DNA of 62,539 nucleotides, filler included, from Candidatus Babelota bacterium (GTDB lineage Bacteria; JAGOBX01): NCBI GenBank assembly GCA_017999075.1. It is 9 parts of 9 records of this genome, joined end to end, with 100 filler letters (N's around TTAATTAATTAA, not from the genome) between each part and the next. Parts side by side here need not be neighbours in the genome. Positions count along the whole stretch, not along the records: positions 48,812 to 55,629 come from JAGOBX010000196.1; positions 55,730 to 62,539 come from JAGOBX010000197.1; 7 more parts are not named here. One strand, 5' to 3'. Shown piece by piece: positions 52,435 to 62,539 of this stretch (position 1 is its first letter; each line of letters starts with the position of its first letter). The notes under the pieces were generated by a model. It saw only the letters and a program-made list of their open reading frames with translations, ran no database searches and was not told where the DNA came from. The position numbers and the translations under genes were made by a program.

Positions 52435-53676
52435 TTATTTTTTTTCCAAACTTATCAAATCATCATAAGTTTCACGTTTTCTTATAACAGATGATTTGTT
52501 TCCGTCAACCAGTATCTCAGCAGTTCTTGGTCTTGAATTATAATTTGACGACATGCTGAAACCGTATGCGCCTGAGCTTAATACAGCCAAATATTCATTT
52601 TGTTTCACGCACGATATTTTTCTTTCTTTAGCAAAATAGTCTCCCGATTCGCAAACAGGTCCTACTATATCAAAAACCCCTGTTTTTCCTGTCTTTTTTA
52701 CAGACATAATGTGATGATATGCTTCATAAAGAGTCGGTCTTATCAGATCATTCATAGCTCCATCTGTTATAATAAACTTCTTAATTCCGATATCTTTCAC
52801 ATAAACTGTTTTAATTAATAGCAATCCTGAATTACCAGCAATATACCTTCCCGGTTCAAGAATTAGTTTCATTCCAATACCTTGTATTTTATTTATTACC
52901 ATTTGCCCGAATGCTTTTACATCAATAGGTTTTTGTTCAGGTTTATACTGGATTCCAAGACCTCCTCCGATATTCAATGTTTTAAGATTAATCCCGCGTT
53001 TTTTTATCAGTTCAACTGTTTTTAAAAGTTTGGTCAAAGCCTTTTCAAAAGGTTCCACCTCAGTGATTTGCGAACCGATATGACAGTGAATCCCGTAAGG
53101 AATAACATTTTTATATTTGGATATCTTGGTATATAATTCCGGCGCAATATCAATATTAATGCCGAATTTGTTTTCTTTTTTTCCTGTAGTTATTTTCGCA
53201 TGAGTGTGAGCGTCCACATCGGGATTTACACGTACGGCTATTTTAGCTTTTTTTTTCAATAACCCAGCTATTGAATCTATAAGTTCAATCTCAGGAACAG
53301 ATTCGCAATTAAACATCAGAATGTCAGACTTTAACGCAAACCTTATTTCTTCCTCTGTCTTGCCTACTCCGGCATAAACTATTTTTGACGATTCAACTCC
53401 GGCTTTAAGAGCCCTGTACAATTCTCCTCCTGAAACAATATCACAGCCTGCGCCATGATTTTTTATAAGTTTTATTAAATTTATATTTGAACATGTTTTT
53501 ACGGAAAAACAAATCAAGTGGTCTATGTTTTTCAAAGAATTTTTTATATTATTATAGCTTTCCAAAAAATTTGATTTACTGTAAACATACAGGGGAGTCC
53601 CGTATTTTCCAGCTAATTCCGACAATGACACATCTTCTAAATAAAGTTCATTGTTTTTATATTTTAAATTATTCAT
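52435..53676 (-). CDS. lysA: Diaminopimelate decarboxylase
   Basis: YGTPLYVY; SVK; HCHIGSQ; EPGR; GPVCESGD; GAYGFSMSSNYNSRP. Confidence 0.96.
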   Translation of the reverse strand: MNNLKYKNNELYLEDVSLSELAGKYGTPLYVYSKSNFLESYNNIKNSLKNIDHLICFSVKTCSNINLIKLIKNHGAGCDIVSGGELYRALKAGVESSKIVYAGVGKTEEEIRFALKSDILMFNCESVPEIELIDSIAGLLKKKAKIAVRVNPDVDAHTHAKITTGKKENKFGINIDIAPELYTKISKYKNVIPYGIHCHIGSQITEVEPFEKALTKLLKTVELIKKRGINLKTLNIGGGLGIQYKPEQKPIDVKAFGQMVINKIQGIGMKLILEPGRYIAGNSGLLLIKTVYVKDIGIKKFIITDGAMNDLIRPTLYEAYHHIMSVKKTGKTGVFDIVGPVCESGDYFAKERKISCVKQNEYLAVLSSGAYGFSMSSNYNSRPRTAEILVDGNKSSVIRKRETYDDLISLEKK

Positions 53677-53723
53677 ATTATAAACCTCAGTTCAATTCTA
53701 TTATTATATTAAATAAAACCGTA

Positions 53724-54509
53724 TTATTCAGAACCGAACATTCCTGAAGTTTTTTTGTAATCTTCCGGAAGTTCAAATTCTAAATCATTAAATTTTGTTT
53801 CTTTAACTTCAATAAGTTCTTCTGTTGTTTTGATTTTGTTTCCCATAATATCAGATGATGTCGCAGACATTACAGTTATTCCTCTAAGCTTTTTAAATTC
53901 GTCAAGTATATCTTTTGAAACATTCTGATTCATTCCCATAGTTGACAGCATTGCCACAGCAAATTTCGAATATAATTCATAATTTATTTTAATATCTTCT
54001 GTTGTCCATAATTCCGATACTGTTTCCTGATTTCCCATAACATTCATTTTCATTGTTTGAACATATTTTCTGCAATTCCAGCTTTTAATTTTTTTTTTCT
54101 CGCCTATATCATTGACTTTAACGCTGATTTGAGGATTCATAAAAATCGAAGATTCTATATCTGCGTCTTCTCCAAGCTGTTTTTTTAATTCCTTCTTAAT
54201 TGTTTCTTTCATGCTTCCTGCATTCATATTCAATTCCATATATGATTTATTCTGATGCGTCAATAAATACATGGAATTTTTGTCAAGTCTTATTATACAG
54301 GTATAATTTTTCCCGTCGTCAACACGCATTTTATCTTCGCCTATTTTTACCATAGATACATACCCTGAAGCAGGATTCTGCTTGCCCGAAAAATCATATG
54401 AATCAGTAGTTTTATTATATTTCAAAAGCATGTCTGATTTCAATTGATCATTCAGAAAAAATAATACAATTATAAAAATAATTGAAAACAATGCCGTTTT
54501 ATTTTTCAT
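53724..54509 (-). CDS. Exported DUF4412-like protein
   Basis: Signal peptide; KMRVD; IIRLDK; GEKKKI.SWNCRKY; ELWTT; FELPEDYK. Confidence 0.7.
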   Translation of the reverse strand: MKNKTALFSIIFIIVLFFLNDQLKSDMLLKYNKTTDSYDFSGKQNPASGYVSMVKIGEDKMRVDDGKNYTCIIRLDKNSMYLLTHQNKSYMELNMNAGSMKETIKKELKKQLGEDADIESSIFMNPQISVKVNDIGEKKKIKSWNCRKYVQTMKMNVMGNQETVSELWTTEDIKINYELYSKFAVAMLSTMGMNQNVSKDILDEFKKLRGITVMSATSSDIMGNKIKTTEELIEVKETKFNDLEFELPEDYKKTSGMFGSE

Positions 54510-54657
54510 AATAAATAATATCCTCCTGCGCTCTGTATCATTCCAATTTAATCAAAAAAGGAAATTAGAATCGAATAACAGTCAGCTTATCAGGTATAAT
54601 TCAGGAATAAATAAAAAACTGGATTTAATAATTCCTTTAATTTTAAAGAAACGCGTG

Positions 54658-55269
54658 TTAAATTTCCCCTCGTTTAAATACAATTTTTCCTTCATCTACA
54701 AAAATATTAAAATATGGTTTTCCGGAACGTTTAACCTGTATAAGCGCTCCGTCAACAAGAGTCATTTCATAAATTTTTTCTTTACTTTTTGCAAGTTCAT
54801 TCAAAAAACCATAAAATTCATGCATTTTAAATTCGACTTCTTCAAACTTTTCTTTAGTTTGTTTTACCCTTTTTTTTCTTTCTCTTTCCTCTTTTTTTTG
54901 TTTACGTTCTTCCTGTTTCTTCTGTCTGTTTTGTTCTTTTTCCTTTCTTCTCAATTCTTTTTTTTCTTCTTTAGTCAGTTCTCTATTTTCATTTTTTTCA
55001 GGTTCAGCATCAGCAGGTTTGTTTTCAATATATTTTTTCAATTCTTTTTGAAACCATTCTTGTTTTCTGAAATCCTCTTCTATTCCCTGCTCTCCATATT
55101 TTACTATCAAACTATGGCATTTATATAAAGACGACCAATTAAGAATGGCCAATTCATCATCGTTAAAATTAGAAACTTTTTTCAATTCTTCTCTGATATT
55201 TACCCTGTCAGGAGCAACATAATCCGTTTTTTTCACTTCAAGTTTTTTATCTTCAGTCATATTTATCAA
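54658..55269 (-). CDS. Hypothetical Lys/Glu-rich coiled-coil protein
   Basis: 203-aa ORF with a charged central helix. Confidence 0.6.
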   Translation of the reverse strand: MINMTEDKKLEVKKTDYVAPDRVNIREELKKVSNFNDDELAILNWSSLYKCHSLIVKYGEQGIEEDFRKQEWFQKELKKYIENKPADAEPEKNENRELTKEEKKELRRKEKEQNRQKKQEERKQKKEERERKKRVKQTKEKFEEVEFKMHEFYGFLNELAKSKEKIYEMTLVDGALIQVKRSGKPYFNIFVDEGKIVFKRGEI

Positions 55270-55420
55270 CCCCTTCTATTTGGTATTATATTATATCTTA
55301 AAAAATACAGAATATAATTTTTCTATTTTTCAGATATCAATATTTGTATTTAATTTATTATATTTTATTAAAAAAAGCAATTTATTTATCTTATTATCGG
55401 CTTTGAAAAGCAGAGTAGGA

Positions 55421-55627
55421 TTATTTTTTGTTTGTTGCAACAATTAAAAATTGTTTTCCGAATATACGCCATAAAAAAGGAATTTTCAAATATAATTTTA
55501 TTAAAATTGCCGGTTGTTTTTTATTGTTTGACATACGAAATGGTAAAAATTTCGGAATACATATATTTATTTCAAAATCATTAATCTTTAAAAGTTCCGA
55601 TATTGAATTTTCCGTTACAGGAATATG
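55421..55627 (-). CDS. C-terminal fragment of a probable class I SAM-dependent methyltransferase (not in ORF track)
   Basis: Manual translation HIPVTENSISELL...PKFLPF...KLYLKIPFLWRIFGKQFLIVATNKK-stop resembles C-termini of that family. Confidence 0.55.
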   Translation of the reverse strand, partial: HIPVTENSISELLKINDFEINICIPKFLPFRMSNNKKQPAILIKLYLKIPFLWRIFGKQFLIVATNKK

Positions 55628-55731
55628 GTNNNNNNNNNNNNNNNNNNNNNNNNNNNNNNNNNNNNNNNNNNNNTTAATTAATTAANNNNNNNNNNNNNNN
55701 NNNNNNNNNNNNNNNNNNNNNNNNNNNNNAA

Positions 55732-58047
55732 TCTTACAGCGACGCTTCATTGAAATATATAAAAGGAACTTTGACAGGAACTCTGATTACCATATCTGCT
55801 GTCAATGCTTTTGGAACAGATACGCAGACTGACAATGTCAACATTCAGCTTTCAACAACTCCTGCAAACATAATTTTTATGGAATTTAAAGATGCTAATT
55901 ATCAAAATTCTTTAATTTCAGAGGTTCTTCCTAATTCTACATTATATATTGAAGCGGTTGCTTATGATTTAAATCCGAACACTTCAGATACATTATTAGT
56001 TTATCTAATAAATAATAATCTTTCACCTTTAAATCCCGCTTGCTCAATACCTATAACATTATATGAAACAAACAGTAATTCAGGTAAATTTAGAAATTCA
56101 GCGAAACTTGGAGATATTACTAACAGAACTTCCTTAACATTACAAGCGTATTACGGAAATACAATAACAATATTCTCAAAAAATTTTGCAGACACAATTA
56201 TTGTAACTACTCCGAAAGAACCTATTTACATAACAAGTCTAAAATATATGAGTTCGGATTATAATTCCATATTGACAAAAATTGTTTCTAATATTTTATA
56301 TGTCGAAGTTAACGGTGAAGACGGTAATTCACTAACTTCCGATTCATTAGTTTGCAAAGTTTTTTCAACCTATCTTTCAGAGAACAACGCCATATCAATT
56401 ACTCTTTTGGAAACATCAGTCAACACAGGAAAATATAGAGGATATTTTACTTTTAAATATTTTACTGATGATAATCAGGATTTTATCAAAGCACTAAAAA
56501 ATAATGATACTATAGTCATATCCGTTACTAATACATCTACCGGATATAAATTTTACGATACTGTTTCAATACAGCCGACTTATTTATACATAGATGAAAT
56601 AAATTATCTGCATCCTCAATCTAAAACAATTAATTCTAAAACATTGACAATTACAGGATTAATAGGCGATCCCTTAATGACAAACACCTTATATATGTAT
56701 AATTCAGAGATTGGTAATACAGTAACCATCGGAACATTCACATCTCAAATGTCTTTTTCTTATACGGTAAATTTTGTTTCCAGCGGTTATAAAACATTAT
56801 TTTTTACTGCTTCAACATCAAATGATATAATGTCACAAGAATCGAAAACAATTAATATCAATCTTGATTTAGCTCCACCAAAATTCATAGTATTATCTCC
56901 GTTTGACGGTCAACTTGTATCTCAAAAAAATATTACAGTTACAGGACGTCTTGAACACAGTAACGGACTTGACACTGCTTATATTCTGGTAAATAACAAA
57001 GATACTTTCCCAATAAAAATTGATTCTGTTGATACCTATCTGTTTACGTCTCAAATTTTAATTTCAGGAAATATAAACGGAGATTCTATTAAAATTATTT
57101 CAACTGATTTTATAGGTAATTCAGATTATAAAAATATATCAGTATATTATAAATCCGGCACAATAACATCGGCAATTACAGATCCATCATCTCAAAATAT
57201 AATTATTCCAGACAATTATGACATTGCGAATGTCATATTATCTTCATTAAATTCATCCTCAATTCCTGATACTGCAAAAATAACAATCATTGGAGAAAAT
57301 AATTCTTCAATAATTCTTGATTTAGAATTCAATAATCCTTCTTCTCCTGTAACTATAACCGTAAAAAATTCAAATTATTCTGAATTATTAAACAAAATTC
57401 AAACAGCAGGTTCAAACACAGCAAAATTATTCGGCAATCAGGAAGATTACGAAGCAGGATTAAAAACTTTACGTGAATTTAATTTCACATCAAACGGATT
57501 ACCTTTTAACGATGCTTCCAACTTTAAAAATATTACAATTACTTATAATTTACCTGACAGACTGCGTGGGACATTTGCAACAAGTGTATTTAACTTCAAC
57601 GAAACTTTAAAAAATTGGGAAAAAATCGATGAATCTTTAATTTCAAGAAGCAATGATGGAAATACAGTTTCTGCACACATCACACATTTTTCTATTTATG
57701 CTGTTTTCTTATCATCACAACCTACTGAACGCGATTTAAGTTCAGTAATTGTTTATCCTAATCCATTCAGACCAAATGACGACAATGATTTAACCGGAAT
57801 AGAATACTCTTCTTCTATACCAAATTCTGGAATACATATTTCAGGTTTAACTGGAAATAATACAATTGAAATATATACCATTACCGGAGAACTTGTAACA
57901 TCATTTACTACTTCAATCGGCCAGGCAAAAACAGTATGGAACGTTAAGAATTCCAATGGGAAATCAGTTGCCAGCGGATTATATTTAATTTTAATAAAAG
58001 ATATTCAAGGAAATAAAACTGTTAAAAAATTTACTATTATCAGATAA
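55732..58047 (+). CDS. C-terminal part of a giant repeat surface protein with a T9SS type A/FlgD-like sorting domain, 5'-truncated
   Basis: Frame open from contig start. Same repeats as 7018-13711; THFSIYAV; ends VIVYPNPF...IEIYTITGELV...WNVKN..G.SVASGLYLI...KKFTIIR. Confidence 0.85.
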   Translation, partial: SYSDASLKYIKGTLTGTLITISAVNAFGTDTQTDNVNIQLSTTPANIIFMEFKDANYQNSLISEVLPNSTLYIEAVAYDLNPNTSDTLLVYLINNNLSPLNPACSIPITLYETNSNSGKFRNSAKLGDITNRTSLTLQAYYGNTITIFSKNFADTIIVTTPKEPIYITSLKYMSSDYNSILTKIVSNILYVEVNGEDGNSLTSDSLVCKVFSTYLSENNAISITLLETSVNTGKYRGYFTFKYFTDDNQDFIKALKNNDTIVISVTNTSTGYKFYDTVSIQPTYLYIDEINYLHPQSKTINSKTLTITGLIGDPLMTNTLYMYNSEIGNTVTIGTFTSQMSFSYTVNFVSSGYKTLFFTASTSNDIMSQESKTININLDLAPPKFIVLSPFDGQLVSQKNITVTGRLEHSNGLDTAYILVNNKDTFPIKIDSVDTYLFTSQILISGNINGDSIKIISTDFIGNSDYKNISVYYKSGTITSAITDPSSQNIIIPDNYDIANVILSSLNSSSIPDTAKITIIGENNSSIILDLEFNNPSSPVTITVKNSNYSELLNKIQTAGSNTAKLFGNQEDYEAGLKTLREFNFTSNGLPFNDASNFKNITITYNLPDRLRGTFATSVFNFNETLKNWEKIDESLISRSNDGNTVSAHITHFSIYAVFLSSQPTERDLSSVIVYPNPFRPNDDNDLTGIEYSSSIPNSGIHISGLTGNNTIEIYTITGELVTSFTTSIGQAKTVWNVKNSNGKSVASGLYLILIKDIQGNKTVKKFTIIR

Positions 58048-58053
58048 ATTATT

Positions 58054-59361
58054 ATGCGTAAAACATATTTAGTTATTTTAATCGCAATATTATTTTTATT
58101 GCAAGGGATGGTTACTGAAACTTTATCTAAACCAACATCAACTTATGACGGTATAATACTTTCATTGCCTGTAACAGCTTATAATGCAGCTCTTAGTTCG
58201 GCAAATTCTTCTTTTTCAGATGATATAAACAGTTTAACTTCAAATCCTGCAGGATTGGCATCATTAAATTATAAAAGTATGTTATTTTCTCATTTTTCAC
58301 ATTTTCAGAATATTAACACCGAATATGCAGCAGCAGTAATCCCAATAAAAAAAACTAATGCCAATATCGGGTTTGATCTTACTTTTTTCAATTCCGGTTC
58401 TATAGAAAAATCATATATTGACAGTAACGGTAATCCTATCAAAAGCGGAACTTATAAAAATTATGATAAAATGATTGGATTCTATTATGCAATGAATTTT
58501 AAAGAAGAATTTAACGTTGGAGCAGGCATGAAATTCATTGATTCAAAACTCGGAGAAGTTTCTGCTCAAACTTTAAGAGGAAGTTTAGGTCTTCAAAAAT
58601 ATTTTCAAACTTCTGAAAATTCAAAAATAGCATTTTCCGCCAATATAAGAAATTTCGGCAGCGAACTTAAATTTGATCAGGAAAAAAATAAACCTAAAGA
58701 AATCTATAGAATAGGTGCAGGTGTAATTTTGGATTTATCTCTAAACAAAATAAAGACCGGCGTTGATATAGAATATGTTACAGACGATAAAATAAATTAT
58801 TATGCAGCTATAGATATTCTTCTTGCTAAAATTTTAAGTTTACGCGGCGGATATGATTCCAGAAACGATGCAGGCAACAATTTTTCTTTAGGATTGGGAT
58901 TAAATATAAATTCAAGTACAGTAGAAAAAGGTATAAACATAGATTATTCTTATACTCCATACGGCGACCTTGGTAATTCTCATAGATTCAGTTTATCTTT
59001 TGAATTCGGAAAACATAAAAATTCATCACATGATGTTCTTCCTATAGAACATTTGTTACAAATGTACAAACCTCAAGTTCAATATCAAAATAATTACTAT
59101 AACCAGAACAATACTATTCAAAAAAAATCAGAATACATTAAACCAGATAAAAATATTCCGGCAAATAATATTTTTCAAAAAAAATCAAACAAATCAGATT
59201 TATCCCCAACTCAATTATTTAATAAAATTCTGATGTTGATTATGTCTGGAGATTTAAATGAGGCTCAAAGATTGCTTAACATTGATTTTTCAAATCAAAG
59301 GTTGCTTGCTCCAAACAAATTTTTAATGCTGAATAATATGATTATAGAACGGAAAAAATAA
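58054..59361 (+). CDS. PorV/PorQ-like (UPF0164) outer-membrane beta-barrel
   Basis: Signal peptide; NPAGLA; LSLRGGY; IDYSYTPYGDLGNSHRFSLSFEFG; extra C-terminal extension. Confidence 0.78.
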   Translation: MRKTYLVILIAILFLLQGMVTETLSKPTSTYDGIILSLPVTAYNAALSSANSSFSDDINSLTSNPAGLASLNYKSMLFSHFSHFQNINTEYAAAVIPIKKTNANIGFDLTFFNSGSIEKSYIDSNGNPIKSGTYKNYDKMIGFYYAMNFKEEFNVGAGMKFIDSKLGEVSAQTLRGSLGLQKYFQTSENSKIAFSANIRNFGSELKFDQEKNKPKEIYRIGAGVILDLSLNKIKTGVDIEYVTDDKINYYAAIDILLAKILSLRGGYDSRNDAGNNFSLGLGLNINSSTVEKGINIDYSYTPYGDLGNSHRFSLSFEFGKHKNSSHDVLPIEHLLQMYKPQVQYQNNYYNQNNTIQKKSEYIKPDKNIPANNIFQKKSNKSDLSPTQLFNKILMLIMSGDLNEAQRLLNIDFSNQRLLAPNKFLMLNNMIIERKK

Positions 59362-59367
59362 AAAATC

Positions 59368-60201
59368 ATGTCTTATTTGCAATACGGAACAATTCTAAAT
59401 TTTAAAAACAAATCAGTAATATATTCTCAAAATTCTTTTTTAGACAACAATAATTTTTTTGTTTATTTTGTTATAAAAGGTAAAATTATCATTGCAAAAA
59501 AATTATCCAACAACAATTTTTTCAGGATAGGATTAGGAAAAAATATGATTTTCGGTTTATCTGAATCTTCTCACGAAACAAAAAAAAGAATAATCAGCGC
59601 TATAGCAGTCGAAGATTGTGAACTGTACAGGTGGAAATATGATGATTTCATTCTCAATATTCAGGTTTCAATAACTCTTGCCAGAATAGCCACATATTCT
59701 CTATGCAGAGAATTAAGATTTTTAAACGAAAAAAAAGAACAAAATTTTTTCAATGAACAAAATTTAACTGCTGATTCAGAAATTGAAATTACAGAAGATA
59801 CAGAAGTTCAAAATTGTTTATACAATCTTGCATTTAATACAGACATAGTCGAAATTGATGAAAACATAATTGCAAAATTCGGAAAAACATTTAAAAAAAA
59901 TGATATAATGATTCATGAAAATGATGTTTCAAACGATTTCTTTATCATTCATAAAGGCGAAGCGGAAATTTTAAAAAATGAAAAAGTGATAGCAAAAATA
60001 CGTTCCGGAGAAATAGTTGGTGAAATGTCATATTTCGATAAAATGCCCAGAACCGCTACAGTACGGGCATTAACCGAAGTATCAGTAATAGTCCTGAGAC
60101 CAGAAAATTTTAACATTCTTTATCAGCTGCATCCTGAATGGTCAATTAAAATAATTAAATCTATGAGCAATAGAATTTTTAAAGCTTACAATGATTTATA
60201 A
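59368..60201 (+). CDS. Tandem cyclic nucleotide-binding domain protein
   Basis: Two cNMP-like domains; the second has GEIVGEMS...PRTATV. Confidence 0.85.
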   Translation: MSYLQYGTILNFKNKSVIYSQNSFLDNNNFFVYFVIKGKIIIAKKLSNNNFFRIGLGKNMIFGLSESSHETKKRIISAIAVEDCELYRWKYDDFILNIQVSITLARIATYSLCRELRFLNEKKEQNFFNEQNLTADSEIEITEDTEVQNCLYNLAFNTDIVEIDENIIAKFGKTFKKNDIMIHENDVSNDFFIIHKGEAEILKNEKVIAKIRSGEIVGEMSYFDKMPRTATVRALTEVSVIVLRPENFNILYQLHPEWSIKIIKSMSNRIFKAYNDL

Positions 60202-60273
60202 AAATTAAAATATTATGTTGTTTTAATTTAAAAAATATTATAAAATAATACAAATTTTTTTATAATTCGATAA

Positions 60274-62539
60274 ATGTATAAATATATTAACAAATTATTA
60301 TTTTTTTTAGTGTTGATTTTATTATCAGGACTAATCAGTAATTTTATTCTTATAAGGTTAAACGCTCAAAATATCAATATAAATGAGGAAATATACAATC
60401 TTGCAGTTCAATTAATTGCTGTATTAGATAAAAAAACAAGTTACATTCCTGAATCTGATAAAAAAAAACTTGCTGAATTTTTACTTGAACAATCAGAATA
60501 TCTGCTTATAAAAATGCAAGTTTCAATTTCTCCTGATGATAATGATAAACAAAATTATATTTCAGTTTTAAAAAAAGCTGAGCAGATATATAATTTTATA
60601 GATTACCAGCCAGGAATTTTTTTATGCAAAAGCAGGTTGTTGAAGTTTGAAATAGCAGGACTTGAACAAATAACAGAACTTTCAGCAATAAAAAAAAAAC
60701 TTATAGATAAATTAACCGGGTATTTAAATGAACTTCCCGAATCAGAACAAAAAAATATAAATTCATCCGCGGCAAAACCTCAAGATTTTTCTTCTGAAAA
60801 AAAAATAATTATTTCATCAGATACAAAACCTTCCGAACAAGTTATAATTTCAGAACCAATTTCAAAAATCATTTCCGATACAACTGATGTTTCAATTAAT
60901 TCAGACACTTATTTTATAACAAAAAATTATGAGGATACCTCTTCTGCTGTATCAATTCAAAAAAATATTTTTCATCAGAATTCAGACAATACGATAGATA
61001 CAGGTTCAATGCAGGCAAATAAACCAGAATTTAATCAAATAATAAATATTTCGAATGAAACTGTTCAGGTGGCCAATCTACCAAAACCTCAACCTTTTTA
61101 TCAGCAAGCGGCATTATTAGAACCAAAGCTTTCATATTCAAATGATGTAAAAATTTCACCTGTACTGAGACATATATTGTTTACGGAAAAATTAGAAAAA
61201 GATTTTGACGAAATAAGAAGCCAGAGATTGTTTGATTTAACAGACATAAGATACGGTAATACCAAATTAAGTATAAGCGGTCAAAAAACGATTAATTTTT
61301 CATATACTAACAGAAAATATGCTAAAACAACAGATTCGACAAACAGTTCTTCAGACTTTAAAATTGACCAGACGCTTGAAGTAAAAGTCCGCGGAAAAGT
61401 AGGAGATAACGTTGAAGTTAATATTGATTATGATGATCAGCGTTCTTCTTCCAACAGACAGCAGTTAAGTATTGAATATAAAAGCGACGAACACGTTCTT
61501 AACAAACGGAGTAACAGCAATATAATTTCCGGATATGCTGCATTCGGAGATATAGTTTTATCTCTTCCGAGCACTGAGTTTGTATCATACCGAAGAAGTT
61601 TATTTGGCATCAAAGGCGGATTAAAAATCAGAAATTTAAATTATTCAATTTTGCAAGCGGATCAAATCACTTTCGACATAATAGCTTCAAGAACAAAAGG
61701 CGAACCCGGACACAAAGAATTTATAGGAAACAACAGCACTCAAATAATCAATTCAGTTTATGATGTGAATTTTGTCAAAAATAAATATTTTAAAATAACT
61801 ACGGGAATTGGTACTGATACTAATATAGATGTCACATCAATATCTGTCTATATTGATGATAAATCTCCTACAAACGATCAAGGTAATATTGATACATTCG
61901 CTGTAGAAGTTGATCCTGCTGATCCATCAAAAATTTCATATGTTACAACTATGTCAGAAACAGGACCTATATTTAAAACGTTTTCTTTTACTCCGCTTAC
62001 AGCGGTAAAAGATTTTACTTTCGACAAAAATAAAGGTATTTTAACATTAAATTCATATATAACTGACAATTACGCAATTGCAGTAAGTTATACAACTAAC
62101 AACGGATATTCTATGCCTTACAAAAAATTAGTAAAAAAAGATAAGGATTCACAAAACAATGATACTTACGTTATTTATTCTATAAAAAACAGATACAGTT
62201 TCGGAGTGAGCAACATAAATAAAAATGACCCTGATTTTATTTTTAAAATACAGGATAAAAACAATAATTTCATTTCGGATACTGTTGCAGGATTTGATAC
62301 AATCCCGTTTTTGAGAATTTTCGGACTTGATAAAACAGGCCCTGGATCTGATGGTTTATATGGAACCGCTGATGACGCTCCTGATGGAAAAATAGATGAC
62401 GAGTTCATTGATTACGAAGACGGCTGGATAGAATTTCCTGTTGCTCAGCCTTTCAACAGTCAGTCTGCAGCATTATACGGTCTTGCTAATTCATTAATTT
62501 ATATAGAAGATAATCCTACAAGCAGATTCAGATTTTATC
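60274..62539 (+). CDS. SprA-like (T9SS translocon family) large outer-membrane protein, 3'-truncated (not in ORF track)
   Basis: ATG at 60274 with a signal-like N-terminus; appears open to window end; FKIDQTLEVKVRGKVGDNVEVNIDYDD...IEYK...FGDIVLSLP.TEFVSYRRSLFGIKG...IASRTKG...DVNFVKNKYF. Confidence 0.72.
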   Translation, partial: MYKYINKLLFFLVLILLSGLISNFILIRLNAQNININEEIYNLAVQLIAVLDKKTSYIPESDKKKLAEFLLEQSEYLLIKMQVSISPDDNDKQNYISVLKKAEQIYNFIDYQPGIFLCKSRLLKFEIAGLEQITELSAIKKKLIDKLTGYLNELPESEQKNINSSAAKPQDFSSEKKIIISSDTKPSEQVIISEPISKIISDTTDVSINSDTYFITKNYEDTSSAVSIQKNIFHQNSDNTIDTGSMQANKPEFNQIINISNETVQVANLPKPQPFYQQAALLEPKLSYSNDVKISPVLRHILFTEKLEKDFDEIRSQRLFDLTDIRYGNTKLSISGQKTINFSYTNRKYAKTTDSTNSSSDFKIDQTLEVKVRGKVGDNVEVNIDYDDQRSSSNRQQLSIEYKSDEHVLNKRSNSNIISGYAAFGDIVLSLPSTEFVSYRRSLFGIKGGLKIRNLNYSILQADQITFDIIASRTKGEPGHKEFIGNNSTQIINSVYDVNFVKNKYFKITTGIGTDTNIDVTSISVYIDDKSPTNDQGNIDTFAVEVDPADPSKISYVTTMSETGPIFKTFSFTPLTAVKDFTFDKNKGILTLNSYITDNYAIAVSYTTNNGYSMPYKKLVKKDKDSQNNDTYVIYSIKNRYSFGVSNINKNDPDFIFKIQDKNNNFISDTVAGFDTIPFLRIFGLDKTGPGSDGLYGTADDAPDGKIDDEFIDYEDGWIEFPVAQPFNSQSAALYGLANSLIYIEDNPTSRFRFY

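Noticed and set aside
55428-55685. Plus-strand 85-aa ORF
   Set aside because: Shadow of a minus-strand methyltransferase-like C-terminus; it runs into Ns.
61878-62408. Two short minus-strand ORFs
   Set aside because: Antisense to the long SprA-like plus-strand frame.

Overview
This window is not one locus. It is nine separate AT-rich contigs of about 6.8-6.9 kb in decreasing size order (1-6917, 7018-13926, 14027-20906, 21007-27876, 27977-34844, 34945-41787, 41888-48711, 48812-55629, 55730-62539). They are joined by artificial 100-bp N44-TTAATTAATTAA-N44 spacers, as in a concatenated draft or metagenome-assembled genome, so adjacency across spacers is meaningless and a single-organism origin is unproven. 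The contents fit a flagellated diderm bacterium. (1) A mobile-element-like replication module: an AEP/Zn-finger/ATPase protein, a family-A DNA polymerase and a phased 17-bp repeat array. (2) The N-terminal part of a giant repetitive surface protein. (3) livHMGF and a discoidin/bulb-lectin protein. (4) Radical SAM, GT2, GDYXXLXY/DUF2157, glnS and thiG. (5) A 1167-aa tandem double flagellin, with one unit carrying an HExxH metalloprotease and the other a TolB-like propeller, under a sigma28 promoter with CsrA-like sites; also an RRM protein and a GH3 enzyme. (6) cheR, a split glutamate synthase cluster and serA. (7) str/S10 ribosomal genes with a divergent EF-Tu and no rplC. (8) Housekeeping genes (suhB, leuD, MazG domain, lysA and others). 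(9) A type IX secretion-like cluster (CTD cargo, PorV-like, cNMP-binding, SprA-like). The standout is the fused two-flagellin polyprotein. All calls come from motif recognition by eye; no database searches were run.
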